The position numbers and the translations under genes are program-made. Source: Eledone cirrhosa (lineage: Eukaryota). Taken from it: a stretch of 64,000 bases of DNA. The notes under the pieces were generated by a model. It worked only from the letters and a program-made list of their open reading frames with translations. It was not told where the DNA came from and ran no database searches. Shown piece after piece: positions 1-9,396 of this stretch; within the stretch, counting starts at the first letter, position 1; the number at the start of each line of letters is the position of its first letter. The stretch is from positions 186,001-250,000 of the forward strand of contig OZ024758.1 of NCBI GenBank assembly GCA_964016885.1. Reading direction: 5' to 3'.

Positions 1-179
1 ATAACGACCGGTGTTAAAATAGAGAGAGATAGACAGATAAATGTGTGTCACACTCTCACCCTCTCTTTAAATCTTTTACACTATCTAACTCGTACTTCTC
101 ACACTCTCTTTAAATCTTTTACTCTATCTACCTCTCATTTCTATCTGTGTATGTATGTATGTATCTGTCTATGTGTAAC

Positions 180-228
180 TCGGTGTACTGGAGCAATATG
201 AAGTGAAGTGTCTTGCTCAAGAAGACAT
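180..228 (-). mobile_element. SINE central-domain fragment (same offset in every unit)
   Basis: Reverse complement TCTTGAGCAAGACACTTCACTTCATATTGCTCCAGT matches CCTTGAGCAAGACACTTTATTTCACATTGCTCCAGT inside the full SINE at 2470-2823. Confidence 0.7.
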
Positions 229-530
229 TTTGTGGAGTTATATCATCGTTTTTTGTTATAAAGCTACTTATACTACCGGCGTAACAGTGGCTATAGGTGA
301 TAGATGTAGAAATAAAAGGCTGTAACAGCGATATAAATATAGATGAAATAGTTTACCACGAGACTAAGAATGAATGTTTAATGGAATTAAGTGTAATCTA
401 ATAGGAAATAAGAGGCTAGAGCAGCGAAATGTTTACGTAAAATAAAAGAACAACAACAAGAGTGCAACATTGAAATTTTTTTTTTTTTTTTGTCGATATA
501 AGCGTTATTTTATGCGCAATTTGCCTTGCT

Positions 531-643
531 GCCGGCGCTGCTCAGTCAGTAGCAGCCCCGCTTACGAACTTCAGGAGCCAACCACTTTACATGGTTCGAA
601 TCTCACCCTCTCCGCTCTTGTCGAGTTATCTCCTACTCTTTTT
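531..643 (+). ncRNA. Candidate tRNA-derived Pol III small RNA / SINE head, unit 1
   Basis: 5' end GCCGGCGCTGCTCAGTCAGTAGCAGC resembles a tRNA 5' end and A box (cf. tRNA-Lys GCCCGGCTAGCTCAGTCGGTAGAGC). B box GGTTCGAATCT at 593-603, TTTTT at 639-643, TATAAG at 497-502. No complete cloverleaf. Confidence 0.45.
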
Positions 644-689
644 ACTTAGTTCCAGGTCATTAAAATAGAGCAAAGAGGGCGCGGCGATC

Positions 690-866
690 GGCATATGCAC
701 TGGCTACAATGTTGAACTTTGGTACTGACTGCGTAGTTGAACGTTCCACATACCAACCGCCCAACTGGCCAGTCAACCGCATATGCGGCTGGCTGGCCGG
801 TTGGGTAGTTGGCATATGTACTGGCTACCATGCTGAACATTGTACTGACTGTCAAGTTGAACGTTC
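690..866. promoter_or_regulatory. Direct repeat - palindrome - direct repeat module (all 10 units; putative regulatory or structural element)
   Basis: ~57-bp direct repeats at 690-746 and 811-866, each with two GYACTGRCTRYNNNGYTGAAC motifs, flank a 30-bp-arm palindrome at 753-812. The structure is directly seen; the function is inferred. Confidence 0.4.
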
Positions 867-1384
867 TAACCCTCTCTTTACATCTATTACTCTATCTACC
901 GCTTATTTCTCCCCCTCTCTTTACTTCTATAACTCTATCTCCCACTCTCTTTACATCTATTACAGTGTCTCCCTGTATATATACACGTATATATGCACTA
1001 GATTTTATAAGAAATCTACGTAATAATATAATTAACAATAGTTGATGAATTAGACCAGAGTTAATTAAACAATAAATATGAATGAAATAGCAGTAGATGG
1101 CGAAACTTGAGTGTTGTGTGTGCATACATATATATGAGGTAAACTGGTTCAAATACTGTCAGGATTATATTGGATCAAAGACTGTATTAAATAGAAAGTA
1201 AAAAATGAAGTGAAAATATAAAAACAAACTGAAAATTTCCCCATCCCTAGAAAAATTCATATCTTGTTATATATAGTTAATTGGCGCTTTAAATTGAATA
1301 AATATTCATTTATATATATATATATATGTATATATATATGTACACTGATATATATGTGTGTATATATATATGTGTATATATATA

Positions 1385-1432
<48 letters not shown>

Positions 1433-1435
<3 letters not shown>

Positions 1436-1983
1436 ACTTCATCATACGTCCGCTTTTCCATGCTTGCAAGGGTGGGGTGGGAGCTGATTCTGGATTGGTT
1501 TCTACAGCTGGGTGCCCTTCCCGACGCCAACCCCGTTTGCAGTGAGTGCTGGGTGCTTTTTTTTTTCCGTGGCACCTCCACGTCAGCTTTACAGTGTGGG
1601 CTGGGTGCTTTTTTGCCGCGGCGCCTCCACGACCACTTTGCGGTGGGGTGGTGGGGTGGTATGTGTATACCCAGCCCATTGTCATTTGCCACACAGAAAA
1701 GCTTATAGCATCGTTCTTTACCCACGATGAATCTAGCAGACCCACCCCTCCACCTGGTCTCTTGAATACAACAAACATCGACCTCCTTACGTTCAAGCAT
1801 TTCTACAACCTCGTTAGAGCCACCCTATAAGGTGCCTACATTAATGGTACCAACTCTGAAGTTTTGGATTGCGTTTGGAGGTTGGGAGCGGTGGGGAGCG
1901 GGGATGGGGTTAGGGTTAGCCATCCGCGGCCGAAACAAAGAGGAGGAGCCCTTGCATTCTCGTCCATGAGGTGGATTTGTCTT
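1433..1983 (-). mobile_element. Internally deleted non-autonomous RTE derivative (APE endonuclease N-terminus fused to RTE-type 3' tail)
   Basis: Minus strand reads [39 protein letters not shown] (APE endonuclease N-terminal motifs), then jumps to the 3' tail GCAAGCATGGAAAAGCGGACGTATGATG, similar to the LINE tail near 33220-33280. Confidence 0.8.
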
Positions 1984-2469
1984 TATGTATGTATATGTAT
2001 ATATGTATGTATGTGTGTGTATGTATGTATATGTATATATGAGTGTATATGTGTATATGTATGTATATGTATGTGTATGTATGTGTATATATGTGTATAT
2101 GTATGTGTTTGTATATATGTGTGTGTATGTATATATGTGTGTGTATGTATATATATATATGTATGTATGTGTATATGTATGTATATGTATGTATGTGTAT
2201 ATGTATATATGTGTGTATGTATGTATATATGTATGTATGTGTATATATGTATGTATGTATATGTATATATACGTGTGTATATGTATATATACTTATGTGT
2301 ATATGCTTATGTATGTGTATGTATGTATATTTATATTATGTATATATATATATCTATGTATGTATATGTATGTATATGTGTATGTATGTGTATGTATGTA
2401 TGTGTATATATGTATGTATGTATATATATATGTATGTATATGTATGTGTATGTATATGTATATGTATAT
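1984..2469. repeat. Compound (TATG/TG/TA)n microsatellite (in the 8 standard units; ~490-930 bp)
   Basis: Directly visible; source of the spurious MYVCVY... ORFs. Confidence 0.97.
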
Positions 2470-2823
2470 GTAGGCACATGGCTTAGTGGTTCGAGCATTG
2501 GCCTGGCAATCGAAAAGTTGTGAGTTCAATTCTCAGACCGGGTGATGTGTTGTTTCCTTGAGCAAGACACTTTATTTCACATTGCTCCAGTTTACTCAGC
2601 TGTAGAAATGAGATGATAGGGACTGGGGTCCATATCATTCCACTGCAAAGTGGTCGTGGAGGTGCCACGGCAAAAAAGCACTCAGCACTCACTGTAAATG
2701 AGGTTGGTGTTAGGAAGGGTATCCAGCTGTAGAAATCAAGCCAGAATCAGTTCCCGTCCCACCCTTACAAGCAGGGAAAAAGCGGACTTAAAACGAAATG
2801 ATGATGATGATGATGATGATGAT
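2470..2823 (+). mobile_element. tRNA-derived SINE with RTE-type 3' tail and (GAT)n end
   Basis: A box TGGCTTAGTGG, B box GAGTTCAATTC, central CCTTGAGCAAGACACTT domain, tail GGAAAAAGCGGACTTAAAACGAAATGATGATG. Confidence 0.85.
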
Positions 2824-2877
2824 GTATGTATGTATGTGTATATGTATGTATGTATGTATGTATATGTATGTATGTGT

Positions 2878-3020
2878 ATGAGATGCAGTTTGGTTTTGTG
2901 CCGCTGAAAAGTGCAACAGATGCCCTCTTCTTAGTGATACAACTACAAAAGAGGTTCTTAGAGAAAAATAAGCCACTATACTTAGCTTTGGACATAGAGA
3001 AGGCTTTTGATAGAGAACTC
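2878..3020 (+). pseudogene. Short RTE reverse transcriptase fragment (in all standard units; truncated copy at 37037-37160)
   Basis: EMQFGFVPLKSATDALFLVRQLQKRFLEKNKPLYLALDIEKAFDR aligns to EMQFGFVSGKSTTDALFIVRQLQEKYLVKSKPLYLAFVDLEKAFDR in the LINE at 34-35 kb. Confidence 0.9.
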
Positions 3021-3477
3021 TTATAAATGACAACATATATATATGTGTGTGTATATATATGTTTTTTTTAAAACTATATATTTATTACTCCCTTAAGCAG
3101 AAGAAATATATTCCCAGATATCGAAGATTACCACAATAACTAGGGAGCGGAAATCAATAGATGCTGGACATTGCTGCTGAGGGTAGGATGACCTGATGAG
3201 CTGGCTCCTGTGGTGGATACCTAAACATAGTAAGAGCCAAGTGGGATGACTGAGGTTCACCTACATACATCAGATGTCTCTGGATCTCCAGCTGGAGATT
3301 AATGATCTCAGGAATGCCATGAAAAATCGTGACATCTAAAAAAGAAGAGTAGAATTGTTCTGGCCAATCCACCTGACCTAATAAACAATAATAATATTAA
3401 TATATATTGATGAAAATTAATTATGGTGAAATATCTTAGAAATCATTCTCAGAGGTTTTGTATTGTAATCCACACTT

Positions 3478-5447
3478 GCTCCTTGTGGCTTCTGATGCAG
3501 ACATCATGTCCGCCATCAGGTCCTTCCCAGCTAGCAGCTGCGGAGATGTTGATGGTCTCTGACCAGGCCTCCTCAAGGAGTTGATATCTCCCCTCTCCGC
3601 TGAGGCCGGGCGCCGCCTTCTGAGTGCAATTGTGGCGCTCACCAATAGGCTCATCCATGGCGCCCTGGACTCTTATGCTCGAGGCCTCTTTTTTTCGGCC
3701 AGCCTCACCGCTCTCAGGAAGAAAGAGGATGGCATACGCCCCATTGCTGTGGGCAATGTCTTCCGGAGGCTGGCTGCCAAGGTAATCTGCAAGTCCGTAA
3801 CACTCGGAACCGGTATCCAGGGCCTCCAGCCACCTCATTGTCAAGTTTGACATGAGGAATGCCTTCAACTCTTTACGCTGGGATCATCTGCTCGAGGCCT
3901 GCCTCAGCCGAGCCCCCTCTGCCTACCTGTCATATGGAGCCCCAAGCATGCGCCATGCTGCTGATACGGTCATACCCTTGGCTACTGGGATCCAACAGGG
4001 CAACCCTTTGGGACCCCTCCTGTTCACCCTTGGTATTGACCACATCGCCTGGAGTATAACGGCCCCTCTCAACGTTTGGTATCTGGATGATGCTACTTTG
4101 GGTGGGCCCGTACAGGCGGTCTGCCATGACCTTCAATCGGTGGTTCCTGCCCTGGCGGGAATCGACCTCCAGGTCAACTCAGCCAAGTCGGAGGTGGTGA
4201 ATGTCAGCCTCGATGCTGCAAGCTTTGCAGTCTCCGTCTTGGACGTGCGGTCCATTCTCCGCCAGGTTCAGGTGACCCCCCAAAGAGGATGCCCTCACCG
4301 ATCCACCCGCCGGCCATCCGCTCCTCCATCAAGTCCAGACTCTCACGAGCCGACTGGGCTAGATTGATGGCCACCCAGTTCTCTTTCTGCTGAGGAACTG
4401 CTACGCCATGCCGAAGCTCCTCTATACACTCTGTGCTACACCTAAACTTGTATCCGAGCAGCAGCCGATGAGATATGCAACTTTACCTGTCAGGTATGGC
4501 GGCCTTCGCCTCCAGTCCCCGATCTCACTAGCTTTGCCGGCATATCTTTCGTCGGTAACCTCGTACCACGTCCTCTTCAGCAGGGTTCTTCAAAACACAA
4601 CAGAACCCTCTGTGTTCAGAGAACGCCTGGCCGCCTGTGAGACGTGGCACCGGCTGGGACTTAGCCCAGTAGACGTTCCTCCTCCTTCTCCCCCTGTTGA
4701 CGTCAAGTCCCCCCCAACACACTTGGGATGCCATCCAGTGCAGCCTGGCCTCAGACAGGCTCACGTGCCAGCTCGACCAGCACCGCCTTGTTTGTTTTCG
4801 TGCAGCCTCCAAACCCCACAGTGGGGCCTGGCTCCATGCCCTGCCCTCCTTCTCCACTCGCACGCAGCTAGACAACAATAGCTTGCGCATCGGCGTTTCC
4901 CTGAGGCTCGGCCTCACACCAATGTCGCTGCCGTTCCACCATGGACTCTTTCGGCCTCCACCCGCAATCCACGCCATGCTGCCCTCAACGAAGTCATTAA
5001 GCATGGCTTGGACGCTGCAGGCTTCCCTTCCCAGCTCGAGGGGACGGCAAAAGGCTAGATGGCATGACCATCTTCCCGTTCCGCGGTGGCAAACCCCTCG
5101 TCTGGGATGCCACTTGCACCGACACTTTCTGCAGCCGCAACCTGGTGCAGTCTGCGACTGGCCCAGGTTCTGCTGCACGTCAGGCTGAGGGGGCCAAACT
5201 CCTCACATATCGTTCACTCTCCGACAGGTTTGCGGTCGTACCCCTGGAAGTGGAGACTTCTGGTGTCCTCGGCCCCAGGGCTACCTCCTTACTCACCACC
5301 ATAGGCGCTGAGCTGGCCAGCCGCAGGTGTGAGCCCCGCGAGTTGGAGTGGCTTTTCCAGCGCGTCTCCCTTGCCGTGCTCCGGGGAAACGCCTTCTCCA
5401 TTCTGTCCGCCGGGGCTGTGGGTGGGTCCCATCGCGTACCGTTATGA
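3478..5447 (+). mobile_element. Degenerate 5'-truncated CRE-clade (RLE) non-LTR retrotransposon, type A copy
   Basis: RT motifs SAIRSFP..DGL*P, GIRPIAVGNVFRRLAAK, D-MRNAFNSL, GIQQGNPLGPLLF, WYLDDATLGG; LPVRYGGL; SGAWLHALPS; RLE region (R)LDGMTIFPFRGGKPLVWDATC..VETSG..QRVSLAVLRGNA. Contains frameshifts and stops. Confidence 0.88.
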
Positions 5448-6442
5448 ATGTATACAAAACAACTAAATCTCTTAAATAACTTCACTTATATCCAAAACAT
5501 GATTTGTATATACATCAACAGTGACTCATTATTATACGCCAGTCACGACCCCACTGCAAAAACGATATCTATATAACAACCCCACCGTAAAACTACTCTT
5601 CCCCACTTTACAAACACTTTATATTATTTGTCATTAAGGTTTCTTAAAATAAATATATATACGTATGTGTAGTAATTAGTACGGAGACTGAGAGAGAAGG
5701 GGCGAGTGTGTCTTCATGGAGGGCACATGGGACCAGCAAAGTCCTAAAAGTAGAGACCAGTAAATGAGATAAGGTCCTAGCTATGTTAAGAATATAAATA
5801 AGAAACATGTTCTATACATTTAAGAAGACAAGAGAAACATGTTCTAAACATTTAAGAAATAATTATTTACCTCTTTCATGTCGGTAATATAGCGGTGTTA
5901 TAAAACTAATTATAACGACCGGTGTTAAAATAGAGAGAGATAGACAGATAAATGTGTGTCACACTCTCACCCTCTCTTTAAATCTTTTACACTATCTAAC
6001 TCGTACTTCTCACACTCTCTTTAAATCTTTTACTCTATCTACCTCTCATTTCTATCTGTGTATGTATGTATGTATCTGTCTATGTGTAACTCGGTGTACT
6101 GGAGCAATATGAAGTGAAGTGTCTTGCTCAAGAAGACATTTTGTGGAGTTATATCATCGTTTCTTGTTATAAAGCTACTTATACTACCGGCGTAACAGTG
6201 GCTATAGGTGATAGATGTAGAAATAAAAGGCTGTAACAGCGATATAAATATAGATGAAATAGTTTACCACGAGACTAAGAATGAATGTTTAATGGAATTA
6301 AGTGTAATCTAATAGGAAATAAGAGGCTAGAGCAGCGAAATGTTTACGTAAAATAAAAGAACAACAAACAAGAGTGCAACATTGAAATTTTTTTTTTTTT
6401 TTTGTCGATATAAGCGTTATTTTATGCGCGATTTGCCTTGCT

Positions 6443-6555
6443 GCCGGCGCTGCTCAGTCAGTAGCAGCCCCGCTTACGAACTTCAGGAGCCAACGACTTT
6501 ACATGGTTCGAATCTCACCCTCTCCGCTCTTGTCGAGTTATCTCCTACTCTTTTT
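6443..6555 (+). ncRNA. Candidate tRNA-derived Pol III small RNA, unit 2
   Basis: Copy of 531-643. Confidence 0.45.
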
Positions 6556-7296
6556 ACTTAGTTCCAGGTCATTAAAATAGAGCAAAGAGGGCGCGGCGAT
6601 CGGCATATGCACTGGCTACAATGTTGAACTTTGGTACTGACTGCGTAGTTGAACGTTCCACATACCAACCGCCCAACTGGCCAGTCAACCGCATATGCGG
6701 CTGGCTGGCCGGTTGGGTAGTTGGCATATGTACTGGCTATCATGCTGAACATTGTACTGACTGTCAAGTTGAACGTTCTAACCCTCTCTTTACATCTATT
6801 ACTCTATCTACCGCTTATTTCTCCCCCTCTCTTTACTTCTATAACTCTATCTCCCACTCTCTTTACATCTATTACAGTGTCTCCCTGTATATATACACGT
6901 ATATATGCACTAGATTTTATAAGAAATCTACGTAATAATATAATTAACAATAGTTGATGAATTAGACCAGAGTTAATTAAACAATAAATATGAATGAAAT
7001 AGCAGTAGATGGCGAAACTTGAGTGTTGTGTGTGCATACATATATATGAGGTAAACTGGTTCAAATACTGTCAGGATTATATTGGATCAAAGACTGTATT
7101 AAATAGAAAGTAAAAAATGAAGTGAAAATATAAAAACAAACTGAAAATTTCCCCATCCCTAGAAAAATTCATATCTTGTTATATATAGATAATTGGCGCT
7201 TTAAATTGAATAAATATTCATTTATATATATATATATATGTATATATATATGTACACTGATATATATGTGTGTATATATATATGTGTATATATATA

Positions 7297-7326
<30 letters not shown>

Positions 7327-7327
<1 letters not shown>

Positions 7328-7887
7328 CAACTTCATCATACGTCCGCTTTTCCATGCTTGCAAGGGTGGGGTGGGAGCTGATTCTGGATTGGTTTCTACA
7401 GCTGGGTGCCCTTCCCGACGCCAACCCCGTTTGCAGTGAGTGCTGGGTGCTTTTTTTTTTCCGTGGCACCTCCACTTCAGCTTTACAGTGTGGGCTGGGT
7501 GCTTTTTTGCCGCGGCGCCTCCACGACCACTTTGCGGTGGGGTGGTGGGGTGGTATGTGTATACCCAGCCCATTGTCATTTGCCACACAGAAAAGCTTAT
7601 AGCATCGTTCTTTACCCACGATGAATCTAGCAGACCCACCCCTCCACCTGGTCTCTTGAATACAACAAACATCGACCTCCTTACGTTCAAGCATTTCTAC
7701 AACCTCGTTAGAGCCACCCTATAAGCTGCCTACATTAATGGTACCAACTCTGAAGTTTTGGATTGCGTTTGGAGGTTGGGAGCGGTGGGGAGCGGTGGGG
7801 AGCGGGGATGGGGTTAGGGTTAGCCATCCGCGGCCGAAACAAAGAGGAGGAGCCCTTGCATTCTCGTCCATGAGGTGGATTTGTCTT
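7327..7887 (-). mobile_element. Non-autonomous RTE derivative
   Basis: Copy of 1433-1983 with one extra 10-bp GGGAGCGGTG unit. Confidence 0.8.
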
Positions 7888-8379
7888 TATGTATGTATAT
7901 GTATATATGTATGTATGTGTGTGTATGTATGTATATGTATATATGAGTGTATATGTGTATATGTATGTATATGTATGTGTATGTATGTGTATATATGTGT
8001 ATATGTATGTGTTTGTATATATGTGTGTGTATGTATATATGTGTGTGTATGTATATATATATATGTATGTATGTGTATATGTATGTATATGTATGTATGT
8101 GTATATGTATATATGTGTGTATGTATGTATATATGTATGTATGTGTATATATGTATGTATGTATATGTATATATACGTGTGTATATGTATATATACTTAT
8201 GTGTATATGCTTATGTATGTGTATGTATGTATATTTATATTATGTATATATATATATCTATGTATGTATATGTATGTATATGTGTATGTATGTGTATGTA
8301 TGTATGTGTATATATGTATGTATGTATATATATATGTATGTATATGTATGTGTATGTATATGTATATGTATATGTATAT

Positions 8380-8737
8380 GGAGGCACATGGCTTAGTGGT
8401 TCGAGCATTGGCCTGGCAATCGAAAAGTTGTGAGTTCAATTCTCAGACCGGGTGATGTGTTGTTTCCTTGAGCAAGACACTTTATTTCACATTGCTCCAG
8501 TTTACTCAGCTGTAGAAATGAGATGATAGGGACTGGGGTCCATATCATTCCACTGCAAAGTGGTCGTGGAGGTGCCACGGCAAAAAAGCACTCAGCACTC
8601 ACTGTAAATGAGGTTGGTGTTAGGAAGGGCATCCAGCTGTAGAAATCAAGCCAGAATCAGTTCCCGTCCCACCCTTACAAGCAGGGAAAAAGCGGACTTA
8701 AAACGAAATGATGATGATGATGATGATGATGATGATG
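8380..8737 (+). mobile_element. tRNA-derived SINE
   Basis: Copy of 2470-2823. Confidence 0.85.
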
Positions 8738-9396
8738 TATGTATGTATGTGTATGTGTATATGTATGTATGTATGTATGTATATGTATGTATGTGTATGA
8801 GATGCAGTTTGGTTTTGTGCCGCTGAAAAGTGCAACAGATGCCCTCTTCTTAGTGAGACAACTACAAAAGAGGTTCTTAGAGAAAAATAAGCCACTATAC
8901 TTAGCTTTGGACATAGAGAAGGCTTTTGATAGAGAACTCTTATAAATGACAACATATATATATGTGTGTGTATATATATGTTTTTTTTAAAACTATATAT
9001 TTATTACTCCCTTAAGCAGAAGAAATATATTCCCAGATATCGAAGATTACCACAATAACTAGGGAGCGGAAATCAATAGATGCTGGACATTGCTGCTGAG
9101 GGTAGGATGACCTGATGAGCTGGCTCCTGTGGTGGATACCTAAACATAGTAAGAGCCAAGTGGGATGACTGAGGTTCACCTACATACATCAGATGTCTCT
9201 GGATCTCCAGCTGGAGATTAATGATCTCAGGAATGCCATGAAAAATCGTGACATCTAAAAAAGAAGAGTAGAATTGTTCTGGCCAATCCACCTGACCTAA
9301 TAAACAATAATAATATTAATATATATTGATGAAAATTAATTATGGTGAAATATCTTAGAAATCATTCTCAGAGGTTTTGTATTGTAATCCACACTT

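Noticed and set aside
220-240. Sm-site-like ATTTTGTGG suggesting an SL RNA or snRNA target for the CRE
   Set aside because: It abuts a SINE fragment, with no leader, donor hairpin or flanking stems.
531-616. Functional tRNA gene
   Set aside because: Acceptor, anticodon and T stems do not pair; only the promoter boxes are tRNA-like.
690-866. CRISPR-like repeat-spacer pattern
   Set aside because: Eukaryotic context, degenerate repeats, no unique spacers and no cas genes.
1909-1919. CTAACCCTAAC on the minus strand, identical to the vertebrate telomerase RNA template
   Set aside because: It lies inside the RTE-derived 5' region; no pseudoknot or H/ACA context seen; an 11-nt chance match.
1864-2523. 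Long MYVCVY/HTHIY-type ORFs (also 13701-14605, 25765-26888, 35898-36633)
   Set aside because: Translations of stop-free micro- and minisatellites, open in several frames at once.
3143-3210. Hammerhead-like cores GAAA and CTGATGA with GGAGC/GCTCC flanks
   Set aside because: No stem I, no valid NUH site, and an extra base before GAAA.
3190-3257. C/D snoRNA-like TGATGA...CTGA with ACC/GGT ends
   Set aside because: The C box lacks the purine and kink-turn spacing, and I could not find a convincing rRNA guide complement. A snoScan run would settle it.
4528-5178. 216-aa minus-strand ORF and other antisense ORFs over the CRE
   Set aside because: Shadow frames of GC-rich retroelement sequence; broken in the type B copies.
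5680-5690. TACGGAGACTG resembling the U4 snRNA 3' end
   Set aside because: No Sm site and no other U4 sequence upstream.
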